NCBI GenBank assembly: GCA_965197645.1
Contig: OZ240219.1
Coordinates: forward strand, 2,528,001-2,592,000
Source: Dehalococcoidia bacterium
Lineage (GTDB): Bacteria; Chloroflexota; Dehalococcoidia; Plut-88900
Direction: 5' to 3'
DNA length: 64,000 bases
Part shown: positions 48,122-58,278 of the stretch, in pieces
Position numbering within the stretch: position 1 is the first letter of the stretch
Layout: each line of letters starts with the position of its first letter
Notes under the pieces: model-generated
The model's database searches: none
Seen by the model: the letters and a program-made list of their open reading frames with translations, nothing else
Told to the model about the DNA's origin: nothing
Translations under genes and position numbers: made by a program

Positions 48122-51016
48122 ATGCCAAAGCTGAACATGTTGCAACGCCGCACCATCTGGTGGACTCTTGGTCTCCTTCTGGCCTCCTCCATGCTCCTAC
48201 TGGTCGCCTGCTCGGACGACACTGAGGCTACACCCGTTGCTGAGATCACGCCCGCCGCGCAGGCCAACATCGTTGACCAGCTCAGAAAGAATGCCGAGGA
48301 TTTCGAGTACACCATTGGAAAGCACGGCGGCACACGGACCTTGGCAACCGTTTCCGAACCGCTCACCTTCAACCTCGCCATCTCCAACGACGCCTCATCG
48401 TCGGGAGTCTTGTCGTATCTTTTCGAGGGGCTGACAGAGACTTCGTGGCTCACCGACGAAGTAGAACCGGAGCTGGCGGAGTCCTGGGAGCGCTCGGATG
48501 ACGGACTGACCTGGACGTTCCATCTGCGCAAGGACGTCCGATGGCACGACGGAGAGCCCTTTACCGCCCACGACGTGGACTTCACCTTCAATCGGATCAT
48601 CTACAACCATGAGATTCAAGCGAGCAGCCGGGCAACGTTTCACTTCCGGTTCCTGAACGAGGAGACCGGTCAGTGGGAGGAGTCGCCGATGACCGTCACG
48701 GCGCTGGACGACTATACGGTCCAATGCGTTCTACCCGTGCCCTTCGCACCCTTCCTCCGCTCCATGGGCACGGCTATATATCCGATGCACATCCTGGAGA
48801 AGCACGTGGATGACGGCGCCTTCGCCTCCACGTGGGACATAGACACCGATCCGTCGGAGATCACTGGCACCGGCCCCTTCACCATCGAAAGCTACGTTCC
48901 CGGCGACCGGGTGGTGCTGCAGCGCAACCCGAACTACTGGCTCAAGGATGACGAGGGCAACAGCCTGCCGTATCTGGACCGGGTTGTCCACATCATCGTC
49001 CCGGACTTAGAGACCGAGCTTGCCAAGTTCCTCGCGGGCGAATCAGACTCCCACGGCGTGCTGGGCGAGGAGCTTGCAGAGCTGGAACCGCTCCAGGAGG
49101 AGGGAAACTTTACGATATACAAGCGGGGTCCCGCTTTCGGGACGACGTTCCTCGGGTTCAACATGAACCCCGGCACCGACCCGGAGACCGGTCAGCCCTA
49201 CGTGGCGCCCGAGAAGCTGGAGTGGTTCCGAAACAAGGAGTTCCGACAGGCAATCGCCCACATCATCGACAAAGATAAGATCATCGAAGACGTGCAACAC
49301 GGTGTCGGTTACCCGCAGTGGTCGTCCGTCAGCCCAGCCGCGGGTGACTTCCATAACCCCGATGTCCGAAGGTACGAGTATGACCTGGACAGAGCCAACG
49401 AGATCCTTGACAGCCTCGGCTGGATGGATACTGACGAGGACGGTATACGAGAGGACAGCCAGGGCAACGAGATAGAGTTTTCGTTGGTGACCAACTCAGG
49501 CAACAGCGTGCGTGAAAGGGTCGGCACGATGGTCAGTCAGGCTATGGAAGAGATCGGCATCGACGTGGACTATCAGCTCATCGAGTTCGGCGACCTCGTC
49601 GGCCAGCTAACCGTTTCCTACGACTGGGAGGCGATGATCATAGGCTTCACCGGCGGACCGGATCCATACAGCGGCATCGGTTTCTGGCACAGCAGCGAGA
49701 GCCTACACCTCTGGTACCCCAACCAGCCGCAGCCTGCCACGGATTGGGAAGCAGAGATCGATGAGCTGTACATCATGGGCAGCCAGGAACTGGACCGGGA
49801 CAAGCGTGTTCAGTACTACCATCGGGCCCAGGAGCTCGCTGCTGAGAACCTACCGGTGATTTACACCACCCTCTCGGAGCGACTGAGCGCGGTCCGCAAC
49901 GTCTTCGGGAACACGACACCCACTCTGTATGCGCTCTGGGACATCCGCTATCTGTACCGCACGGACCAGGTGGCATCGGGCCGGGAGCCCAACGCTTCGG
50001 TAAGCGGCGCCGTCACTTACCGGGAGCGGATATCCCTGACTCCGGACGCAACCCTCGTGGTGGAGCTGCGGGACGTATCCTATCAGGACGCCGATGCTCC
50101 CCTGATCGCTAGCCAGACCGTCTCCGACCCTGGCCAGGTACCCATCAAGTTCAAGGTCGACTACCACCGCGACGACATCGACTCCCGGAATACCTATGCC
50201 ATATCCGCTAAAATCATCGAATCAGACGACCGCCTCGCCTTCACCAACGATACGGCCTACGACGTAATCACCGGAGGTAATCCCAACAAAGTGGATATGC
50301 TCCTGGTGCTGGTACAACCTCCGCCCGACCTCATCGACGAAGGCGAGGACTGGAGGACCTGGGTAGAGACCCCGGTCCCGGTGCTCTGGGCCAACCTGAT
50401 ACCCAATGAGCGGGAGCTTTTCATACGGGTCGCCTATCTTCAGTCCACTATAGAGGGCTGTGTCCGCCGCGGGAGCGAGGGGTTGGACGTGAACGGTTAC
50501 AACATCATCGTCCGGGTGACGCTGATGCAGCCGCCGCAGACCCCCTGGGCCATTCCCTGTCATGAGCAGGTGGTGGAGCTCGACACTGTACTGCCCATCG
50601 AGACATCTCTTGAATCCGGGCAGACCTACACGGTGATAGCAAACGGTCAGGCGACCACTACTTTTGCACTGCCGAAGACCGAGCTTGGCCACACCTTCAT
50701 CGCGGAGTCTCCCATCGAGAGTGTGGAGGTAACGATATTGGGAAGCGCGCCGCCCCAGTACCAGCTGCGGCTCGCCTCGGGCTTGCCCAAGGGCAGCGGT
50801 TGCTCCCAGTTCAACGGCTACGAAATCCGGCGACCGGAATCGAACAGGATAGACGTGGCTATCACTCACCACGAAGTGTCCGACCCGTTAGTTGCCTGCA
50901 TCACCGACTATCCAATAGTGGAAACCATCGTCCCTCTGGGTTCCGATTTTGAGCCGGGTGAAGAGTACACCGTCAGCGTAAACTCGGAGAGCACTACGTC
51001 ATTCGTCGCCCAATAG
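48122..51016 (+). CDS. Family 5 ABC substrate-binding lipoprotein fused to YbaY-like and two further C-terminal domains
   Basis: LVAC lipobox, LAESW, WHDG.PFTA.DV, GTGPF; then VSG.VTYRERI.L.PDA...V.L.DVS. Confidence 0.85.
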   Translation: MPKLNMLQRRTIWWTLGLLLASSMLLLVACSDDTEATPVAEITPAAQANIVDQLRKNAEDFEYTIGKHGGTRTLATVSEPLTFNLAISNDASSSGVLSYLFEGLTETSWLTDEVEPELAESWERSDDGLTWTFHLRKDVRWHDGEPFTAHDVDFTFNRIIYNHEIQASSRATFHFRFLNEETGQWEESPMTVTALDDYTVQCVLPVPFAPFLRSMGTAIYPMHILEKHVDDGAFASTWDIDTDPSEITGTGPFTIESYVPGDRVVLQRNPNYWLKDDEGNSLPYLDRVVHIIVPDLETELAKFLAGESDSHGVLGEELAELEPLQEEGNFTIYKRGPAFGTTFLGFNMNPGTDPETGQPYVAPEKLEWFRNKEFRQAIAHIIDKDKIIEDVQHGVGYPQWSSVSPAAGDFHNPDVRRYEYDLDRANEILDSLGWMDTDEDGIREDSQGNEIEFSLVTNSGNSVRERVGTMVSQAMEEIGIDVDYQLIEFGDLVGQLTVSYDWEAMIIGFTGGPDPYSGIGFWHSSESLHLWYPNQPQPATDWEAEIDELYIMGSQELDRDKRVQYYHRAQELAAENLPVIYTTLSERLSAVRNVFGNTTPTLYALWDIRYLYRTDQVASGREPNASVSGAVTYRERISLTPDATLVVELRDVSYQDADAPLIASQTVSDPGQVPIKFKVDYHRDDIDSRNTYAISAKIIESDDRLAFTNDTAYDVITGGNPNKVDMLLVLVQPPPDLIDEGEDWRTWVETPVPVLWANLIPNERELFIRVAYLQSTIEGCVRRGSEGLDVNGYNIIVRVTLMQPPQTPWAIPCHEQVVELDTVLPIETSLESGQTYTVIANGQATTTFALPKTELGHTFIAESPIESVEVTILGSAPPQYQLRLASGLPKGSGCSQFNGYEIRRPESNRIDVAITHHEVSDPLVACITDYPIVETIVPLGSDFEPGEEYTVSVNSESTTSFVAQ

Positions 51017-51196
51017 CCCACTAGTAGGCCCCCAAGTCGCCCTCATCGCCTCTCCCCGGCTCCTCTTCCCCTATGCATCACCTCTGATACAATGTGTGGA
51101 AAGCAGAGCAGGCGAGTCCACTTTTCGACTCTCCCTTGCCCGGCCGATACAACGATCACCCACCGGTCCCAGAGACCCTGACGCTGGACAGCTAAC

Positions 51197-52354
51197 ATTC
51201 CAATCCCACCCCCCTCCCCCAATACCGAGCTTATCACCGACACTCGTTCCCTCTCCGCAGCCGTCGATGCACTCCTCAAAGTCAACTGCGTAGCCATCGA
51301 CACCGAGTCCGACGGCTTCTTCCGATATCCGGAGAAGGTCTGCCTTGTTCAGCTTGCCTCCCGCGACAAGACGTATCTCGTCGATCCCTTGGCCTTCGAG
51401 GACATGGCTCCCCTCAATAGACTTCTGGAGAACCGGCGTGTCGAAAAGGTCCTCCACAGCGCCGACAACGACATCCGTGTCCTGGACCGCCAGTGGGGCA
51501 ACCGGGTCGTCAACGTCTTCGACACCGCTATAGGAGGCCAGTTCCTCGGCTCTCAGCGTCTGGGCCTAGGAGTGCTGATGGAGGAGTATCTGGGCGTAAC
51601 CCTGGACAAGAGCAAAAAGCTCCAGCGGGCCGATTGGAGCCTTCGACCACTCTCGGAAGCCGCGGCATCCTACGCAGCCAACGACGTCTATCACCTGGTG
51701 GACCTTCGAGACGTACTGGTACGGCGATTGCAGGGGTTGGAAAGGTCCGAATGGGTAGCCGAGGAGTGCCTGCGCCTCGAGGCGCTGCGGTACATACCTC
51801 CGGGGCCGGTGGAGGACTCCTTCGCATCCATCAAGGGGAGCTTTGCACTGGACGGCCCCGGCCTGGCCATCCTGCGGGAGCTGGTACTGTTTCGAGAACA
51901 GGTAGCTCTACACCGAGGGCGTCCACCATTTCGGGTCCTATCCAACGCTGCCCTCCTAGCCATCTCCGCCGATCCCTCGGTAGAGCTATCCAAGGTGCCG
52001 GGCATAACGGACAACGTCCTGCAACGTCTCGGTCGACAGCTAAGGTCGGCGATACGCCGGGGAACGAAGGCGCCCCCTATCGTACATCCGTCGCGCCGCG
52101 GGCCCTTTCACCCTCGGCCGACGCGCGCTCAGCTCCGTCTCGCCGCAGACTTACGGTCCTGGCGGAACGAGCAGGGCGAACGGCTCTCGCTGGACAGTGC
52201 GCTGGTCTGGCCCGCGGCCAGCCTGGACCGTCTCGCTCGTGCCCCGGATACCCTCACCCAGGAGTTCGACTCCCCGGAGGTACGGCGATGGCAGGTCCGG
52301 GAGTTTGGCCACTCCCTACGGACCTATCTGTCCACGTTCCGGTCCGCCCCTTGA
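51197..52354 (+). CDS. rnd: Ribonuclease D (DEDD exonuclease plus HRDC); start codon uncertain
   Basis: VAIDTE, LVQL, KVLH..D, FDT, ADWSLRPL, YAANDV; frame open upstream of track start 51389 to a TGA at 51179. Confidence 0.85.
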   Translation: MPIPPPSPNTELITDTRSLSAAVDALLKVNCVAIDTESDGFFRYPEKVCLVQLASRDKTYLVDPLAFEDMAPLNRLLENRRVEKVLHSADNDIRVLDRQWGNRVVNVFDTAIGGQFLGSQRLGLGVLMEEYLGVTLDKSKKLQRADWSLRPLSEAAASYAANDVYHLVDLRDVLVRRLQGLERSEWVAEECLRLEALRYIPPGPVEDSFASIKGSFALDGPGLAILRELVLFREQVALHRGRPPFRVLSNAALLAISADPSVELSKVPGITDNVLQRLGRQLRSAIRRGTKAPPIVHPSRRGPFHPRPTRAQLRLAADLRSWRNEQGERLSLDSALVWPAASLDRLARAPDTLTQEFDSPEVRRWQVREFGHSLRTYLSTFRSAP

Positions 52355-52839
52355 CCGGTAGACCAGGGGACTCTGACCTCCGCGGGCCGGTCACATTTGA
52401 CCTCCCGGCCGGAAGCCAGCTTTATCGTCGCCTGAACGTTCCACTTTAGAGTCCCATCCAGGGCATGGGGCGGGCGTCTAGACCTGATCGACAGCCTACC
52501 GCCGCACTCCAGGGTTTCTCCGGCGCCAATGTCGGTGTTCGCCAGAAGCTGGACGCTGCCTCGGACGTACCTCTTCCGATTCTTCTTGACCACGCGCTTG
52601 GTAGTGTGGAGGAATATGGGTCTGGAATCGGAAACGTTGAGCAACCCCATTCTCCCCGGCACCTCAACCGTGTCCAGCTCCGAGTATCGGACCTCGCAGA
52701 CCACTTCCGCGTAACCTCGGACCACCTGCACGTCTCGATTTGCCCGCAGCCGGGCCTTCACCTCGATCGTATCGCCGAGCTCGTAGGCTTGATCTTCGAA
52801 ATCGAGGCTAACTTCAACCGGTCGCAGCCAGCTTATCAT
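52324..52839 (-). CDS. Hypothetical protein (beta-rich, arrestin/Spo0M-like)
   Basis: ATG in RBS-like context, alternating beta pattern. Confidence 0.55.
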   Translation of the reverse strand: MISWLRPVEVSLDFEDQAYELGDTIEVKARLRANRDVQVVRGYAEVVCEVRYSELDTVEVPGRMGLLNVSDSRPIFLHTTKRVVKKNRKRYVRGSVQLLANTDIGAGETLECGGRLSIRSRRPPHALDGTLKWNVQATIKLASGREVKCDRPAEVRVPWSTGQGADRNVDR

Positions 52840-52897
52840 CGGACCTACTCGTTGGTGGACTCCAAAGACAACCGTATCGTAGCCGGAGGTGCGCCTC

Positions 52898-54361
52898 CTA
52901 CTCGAAGCCGGGAGGAGCCTGGAAGCCCCCGAACTCCTGGGCCACCAGCCCTGTGAACCGCATGCCCGTGTGGTCCTCCAGGTACGGCCCTATCGCCTGC
53001 AGGGACAGGGGTAACCCAGAGCTGTTGAGTCCTACCGGGAACGCGGTGCCGGGCATACCAGTGAAGTTGCACAGCGCCGGGTAGACCAGCCCCAGACCGT
53101 AGGGCACCTTCTTGCCGTTGATGTCGAAAGTACGCTCCTTGCGAGGCGACTCGTCGTGAGGGAAGGCGGGACCAAGGTGGTTCGGCGCCAGCAGCACATC
53201 CCAGTCCTTGAAGAACTCGGCGTAGGAGTGCCTGAACTCCTCCCGCCCATGAACAAGTTCCGATATGTCGTAGGGGTTAGCATTGATACCGCGTTCTGCA
53301 GCGTCGTCGAAGTCTTCGTAGCCGTGGGTCATCTCGTTGAACGCTATGCTTATCTTCCGCTCTTCCTCGGTGCTGCCGGTAGTAAACAGGCCGGTCAGCA
53401 TAGAAACATAGAGCTGGTGATGTCGACGCAGATCGCCGAACAGCTCTGGCTGGGCCTCCTTCACCGTGGCCCCGGCCTTGCTGAGCTTAGAGGCCAGCTC
53501 CTCGGAAGCGGCCATCGTCTCGTCGTCCACCTCCAGCCATGGGACCCGAGGCAGAATGGCAACTCTATAGTCGGCCAGGTTCTCATGCCTTGCCGGCGGG
53601 ATCTCCAGTTTCCAGGCCACGTCCTCGAGAGCCTCGGGCCCTGCGACCACGTCGAACGCCAATGCCAGGTCCTCCGCCGTCCGGGCCAGCGGCCCCTGGA
53701 CAGCCATCAGGCTGGAGGCGTCGGGCAGGTAGGACAAAGGGAACCCGCCGGACTTCGGTATCGCCGTTTCGCTGGGCCGGTGCCCATAGATGCCACAGAA
53801 GGCCGCCGGCACCCGCACAGAGCCTCCCAGGTCGTTGCCCCACTCGATGGGGGTCATTCCCGCAGCCACCGCGGCCGATCCACCGGTGCTTCCTCCCGGC
53901 GTTCGACCCAGATTGTACGGGTTGTTGGTGCGGCCGAAAAGGGGATTGTAGGCCTGCCAGTCCATCGCCATTACGGGCAGGTTGGTCTTAGCCATTATCA
54001 CCGCGCCCGCTTCCTTCACGCTGGTCACTATCGGCGCGTCCACCTCCGGGACGTAGTCGGCCCACGGCTCTACGCCGGCGGTGGCCACCAGCCCCTTTAC
54101 CAAGATGCAGTCCTTGATGGTCGTGGGCAGGCCCAGCATCGCTCCCTCATCGCCCCGGGCGAGGGCTTCATCGGCAGCCTTGGCCGTCTCGCGGGCGTTC
54201 TCATAGTCCTTGGTCACGATCACGTTGAGAGTGGGGTTGTACCGCTCGATGCGCTCCAAGTGCATCTCCAACAGCTCCGCCGCCGATATCTTCTTGCTGC
54301 GCAGCGCCTCGAGCATCGAAACTCCCGATGCGTACGGACTTACATCTGTAGTTGTCATCAC
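52898..54361 (-). CDS. Amidase signature family enzyme
   Basis: IKD, PGGSTGG, GNDLGGSVRVPA. Confidence 0.93.
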   Translation of the reverse strand: MMTTTDVSPYASGVSMLEALRSKKISAAELLEMHLERIERYNPTLNVIVTKDYENARETAKAADEALARGDEGAMLGLPTTIKDCILVKGLVATAGVEPWADYVPEVDAPIVTSVKEAGAVIMAKTNLPVMAMDWQAYNPLFGRTNNPYNLGRTPGGSTGGSAAVAAGMTPIEWGNDLGGSVRVPAAFCGIYGHRPSETAIPKSGGFPLSYLPDASSLMAVQGPLARTAEDLALAFDVVAGPEALEDVAWKLEIPPARHENLADYRVAILPRVPWLEVDDETMAASEELASKLSKAGATVKEAQPELFGDLRRHHQLYVSMLTGLFTTGSTEEERKISIAFNEMTHGYEDFDDAAERGINANPYDISELVHGREEFRHSYAEFFKDWDVLLAPNHLGPAFPHDESPRKERTFDINGKKVPYGLGLVYPALCNFTGMPGTAFPVGLNSSGLPLSLQAIGPYLEDHTGMRFTGLVAQEFGGFQAPPGFE

Positions 54362-54377
54362 ATCCTCCTTGCCTTGA

Positions 54378-55262
54378 TTATAACCAGCTGCCCGCCTTCG
54401 ATGGTTCCGGCAGCTCTCCTCTGAACTCCTCGTATAAAACTTCTACGTTCGTCAGCAATCTCTCGTCCCGCTCAGTCCAGTACTGGAACTCACCCAGCTT
54501 TACCGAGGCGGCCGCCTCCTTTACCCCCACTCCCTTTCGAAACTGTCTTCTACACTCTCGTCTAACCAGGCCCAGGTATCGCACGGTTTTGGCGATGATA
54601 TCTTTGTCTCCCACCGGGCCGTGAGCCGGCACCACTACCTCCGCGTCCAGCCGATCGATCAATCGCCTGCCCACCCTGAGCCAGCGGCCCACGTGTCCGT
54701 CCCTGGCCAACGGCGTCAGGTAGTGGAAAGCAACGTCGCCGGTGAACAGTATCTTCTCGTCAGGGAGGTATACCAGCGTGTCACCGTAGGTGTGGGCGGG
54801 ACCGGGATGGATCAGCTCGATCACCCTGTCCTCGAAGTGGACGACCATCCTGTCCTGATAGGTAATTGCGGCCGGGGTCAGCTTAACGGTGGGCCAGTCA
54901 TCCTCGTACTGGGGCCATATCTTGGACAGTTGCCCAACGTCGGCTCCCCTCTCCACCAGCGCGTCCCGACACTTCTGATGAGAGATGATCTGCGCCGGCA
55001 GGAAATACTGGTTGCCGAAGGAGTGGTCCAGATGGTGATGGGTATTTACTAAGTACCTTACCGGCTTCGCTGTGACCCTTCGCATCGCTTCCAGGTAGGG
55101 CTTCACGATACTCCCCACCATCATCGAGTCGATTACGAACACGCCTTCTTCGCCCACTATGAACCCGGAGTTGCAGATGTCCCACCGGGCCTCTGCGTGG
55201 ACGTATGCGTAGACGTTTTCAGCCACCTCGTGGATGCCGGGCTCCCACGTGGGCAACGACAT
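54378..55262 (-). CDS. MBL-fold metallo-hydrolase
   Basis: NTHHHLDH, AHT.GD, TGD, PAHG. Confidence 0.9.
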   Translation of the reverse strand: MSLPTWEPGIHEVAENVYAYVHAEARWDICNSGFIVGEEGVFVIDSMMVGSIVKPYLEAMRRVTAKPVRYLVNTHHHLDHSFGNQYFLPAQIISHQKCRDALVERGADVGQLSKIWPQYEDDWPTVKLTPAAITYQDRMVVHFEDRVIELIHPGPAHTYGDTLVYLPDEKILFTGDVAFHYLTPLARDGHVGRWLRVGRRLIDRLDAEVVVPAHGPVGDKDIIAKTVRYLGLVRRECRRQFRKGVGVKEAAASVKLGEFQYWTERDERLLTNVEVLYEEFRGELPEPSKAGSWL

Positions 55263-55272
55263 TTTTCTCCTC

Positions 55273-56442
55273 CTAAAGGACTGCCAGCTCCAGGTCTCCC
55301 CCACTGAGTATCTCCAACCCGTTGCTAGTCAGGGCGTATGCTCCGCCGATCAGACACCCTAGCCCCGTTTCGGGGTCCCGGCCCGCTGTGTGCAGCACAA
55401 AGCTCATGGGTGGATGGAACACCTGCTTGGACTCCAGGGTGATGTCCAGCGACTCCAGCCAGGTCGGTGGGTAGGCGATAGCCACACCGTACCCGAACCT
55501 GGACCGTACCGACGGATCGGCGCCCCCCTTGATCAACGTGTCGATGGCCGCCTGCTCCGATTGGCATACCGGCGTGTTAGGCGTCACCGACTTGCTTCCC
55601 TCTCTAAGGGCTGCCAGGGCCAGGTCGTAGGTGCTCTTGAAGCTGGGTATCGCTTCTCCCACGGCTAAGGTCTGTATCGTCACGGCGTGATATCGGCGGT
55701 GCACCCCGGCGAACTCCAAGGCCACACTATCCCCTTTCTCGATCACCCGGTGATCGGGGGTCTTGTGCCCTCCCCGGCGGGGACCGCTGTTGATCCAGCA
55801 GGGCATGGCCGGATACTCGCTACCCGCTGCCCTCATGGCCGCCTCTATCTCACCGGCGACCTGGATCTCCGTTACTCCGGGCCGGATAACCTCCCGGGCT
55901 CGCTCCAGGCCCGCAGTGGCAAACCCGGCGGCCTTGCGAATGTACTTCATCTCTGCCTCGGACTTGATCAGCCTCAGGTCCTCCAGCATCTCCGATGCAT
56001 CCACCAGATGGGCCGGCTTCACCTTCTCCGCTATGTTGAAGGCATAAGCCCCCGTCAGTGCGTAGGACCTCAGGTCGGCGCCTATTCTCCTGGCGGTGGG
56101 CGCCTTCTCCTCGACCGCGCCGGCCACGAGCAATGCTGGGTCCTCGGCAACGTGCCTGTACAACCGTACATCTTTCACCCAGGCGCCTACCTCCGCCCGG
56201 CCCAGGTCCACGTCCCTGATGATCAGGGTAGGCTCGTCGTCCTCCGGCCCGAAAACCAAGGCCTGCATACTGAAATGGGTATGGGCATCGTAGCCGGCCA
56301 GGTAGTACAGCAGCTCCGGCCCGACGCAGATAGCGCAGTCCAGGTCCGCGGCCTTCAAACCCCTTCGGGCGCGCTGTAACCGCCCCCTATACTCGCTCTC
56401 CGGGAATGCGTGGTCTATCGGTTCCTGTCGGTAACCAGGCAT
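55273..56442 (-). CDS. M24 peptidase family (Xaa-Pro/ectoine hydrolase-like)
   Basis: Creatinase N-domain, RLIKSEAE, pita-bread fold features, GYGV.IAYPPTW. Confidence 0.85.
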   Translation of the reverse strand: MPGYRQEPIDHAFPESEYRGRLQRARRGLKAADLDCAICVGPELLYYLAGYDAHTHFSMQALVFGPEDDEPTLIIRDVDLGRAEVGAWVKDVRLYRHVAEDPALLVAGAVEEKAPTARRIGADLRSYALTGAYAFNIAEKVKPAHLVDASEMLEDLRLIKSEAEMKYIRKAAGFATAGLERAREVIRPGVTEIQVAGEIEAAMRAAGSEYPAMPCWINSGPRRGGHKTPDHRVIEKGDSVALEFAGVHRRYHAVTIQTLAVGEAIPSFKSTYDLALAALREGSKSVTPNTPVCQSEQAAIDTLIKGGADPSVRSRFGYGVAIAYPPTWLESLDITLESKQVFHPPMSFVLHTAGRDPETGLGCLIGGAYALTSNGLEILSGGDLELAVL

Positions 56443-56630
56443 AAAGCCCTCTGTGAATTTTCGGGATAGCGCGGGAGGATTCTACCACCTTTCCCACCCT
56501 CGATGTTGCCGTAGTCCCGGACCGGGAGTAAGTCCGCTTTAGATCAACCGGAGATTTACATCTCTTCTTAGCAAGGGTAAGATGGGCGGCAGATTCACTA
56601 AGTCCCCAACTCCACAGCGAGGAGACAGTC

Positions 56631-58268
56631 ATGGCCAAATTACTCGGATACCAATTGGTAGCTAAGACCCTCAAGGAGGAGGGCGTAGACACCCTCTTCT
56701 ATCTCATGGGCGGGCCCATCATAGACCTGGCCGGGGAGTGCGATAAGCTGGGCATCAAGACCGTTGATTTCCGTCACGAGCAGGCTGCAGCCTATGCCGC
56801 CCACGCCTACGCCAGGGTAACCGGCAAGCCCGGCGTCTGCACCGCCGCCTCCGGCCCCGGCACCCTCAATCTGCTGACGGGCGTCTACACCGCCTCCATC
56901 GACTGTGCTCCCATGCTGGTCTTGGGCGGCGCCGGACCGGTCCACGAGATCAGCCGGGGCGCGTTCCAGGAGGTAGACCAGGTAAACATCATGCGGCCCA
57001 TCTGCAAATACTGGCATCAGACCACCCAGGCCGCACGCTACCCGGAGATCGTGAGCACCGCCTACCGGCAGGCCACGTCCGGCCGGCCGGGCCCCGTCTA
57101 CATAGACTGTGCCGCCGACGTGCTATACGAGGAGGTCGAAGAAGAGGATGCGGTGCCGGCGACCCGGTACACCAAGCGCAGCCGCCCCTCAGCCGAGCCC
57201 GGTGCGGCCAAAGAGGCCGTGGATATGCTGGCCGCCGCTGAGCAGCCCATCGTCGTTGCCGGCGGCGGCGTGTTCTTCTCCGACGGCGCCGCCGAGTTGG
57301 AGCGCCTTGTCGACATAACCAACATCCCCTTCTACACCGCTCCCATGTCCCGGGGCCTCGTCCCCGAGGACCACGCCGTCTCCTTCCAGGGCGCACGCAG
57401 CACCGCCATGAAGAACGCCGACACGGTCCTGGTAGTCGGCAGCCGGCTCAACTGGATGTACCAGTATGGCGAGCGCTTCCGGGAGGACGCCAAGTTCATT
57501 CAGATCGATATCGAGGCTAGCGAGATCGGTCACAACAGGGATATCGACCTCGGCATCGTGGGAGACGCCAAGGCAGTCCTCGGCCAGCTGATAGAGGAGG
57601 CCGAGGCCCAGGAGTCCGCATTCTCCGGCTCGCTCGAATCGCCGTGGGTGCTCCGTCTCAAGGAGGACAACGAACGGCGGGCGGCCCGGATGGCCTCCAT
57701 GCTCAACTCCGGCCAGGCCCCCATCCACCCCCTCCGGCTGTGCAAAGAGATCCGTGACTTCCTACCCAGGGATGCTATCCTCAGCGTAGATGGCAACGAG
57801 ATCCTTCACTTCGGCCGCCAGTCCCTGCCCACCTACGTTCCCGGGCACCGGCTCAACTCCGGTGTGACCGGCACCATGGGCGTTGGCCTTCCCTACGGCA
57901 TCGGCGCCCAGGCCGGTAAGTCGGACAAGCCGGTGCTGGTCCTTCACGGGGACGGCTCCATGGGCATGAACGCCATGGAAGTGGATACCGCAGTACGACA
58001 CAACCTGCCGGTGGTTACCGTGGTGAGCAACAACGCCGGATGGACGGCTCGCAAGGACACACCGACACCCGGCAGAGAGCTGGGCTTCACCGCCTTCGAC
58101 GAGATGGCCCAGGCTCTCGACGCCTACGGTGAGAAGGTGGAGGACCCGGACGAGATCAAGCCTGCCCTGCAGAGAGCCTTCGATAGCGGCAAGGCGGCGG
58201 TCCTGAACGTTATCGTGGAGCCTACGGCCGCCGCTTCGTCTCCAGCGTGGAACTCGACGATGGAGTAA
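56631..58268 (+). CDS. ThDP-dependent enzyme (2-hydroxyacyl-CoA lyase/oxalyl-CoA decarboxylase-like)
   Basis: FRHEQAA, SGPG, FQEVDQ, GTMGVG, GDG..NN. Confidence 0.9.
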   Translation: MAKLLGYQLVAKTLKEEGVDTLFYLMGGPIIDLAGECDKLGIKTVDFRHEQAAAYAAHAYARVTGKPGVCTAASGPGTLNLLTGVYTASIDCAPMLVLGGAGPVHEISRGAFQEVDQVNIMRPICKYWHQTTQAARYPEIVSTAYRQATSGRPGPVYIDCAADVLYEEVEEEDAVPATRYTKRSRPSAEPGAAKEAVDMLAAAEQPIVVAGGGVFFSDGAAELERLVDITNIPFYTAPMSRGLVPEDHAVSFQGARSTAMKNADTVLVVGSRLNWMYQYGERFREDAKFIQIDIEASEIGHNRDIDLGIVGDAKAVLGQLIEEAEAQESAFSGSLESPWVLRLKEDNERRAARMASMLNSGQAPIHPLRLCKEIRDFLPRDAILSVDGNEILHFGRQSLPTYVPGHRLNSGVTGTMGVGLPYGIGAQAGKSDKPVLVLHGDGSMGMNAMEVDTAVRHNLPVVTVVSNNAGWTARKDTPTPGRELGFTAFDEMAQALDAYGEKVEDPDEIKPALQRAFDSGKAAVLNVIVEPTAAASSPAWNSTME

Positions 58269-58278
58269 GGGGTCCTGG

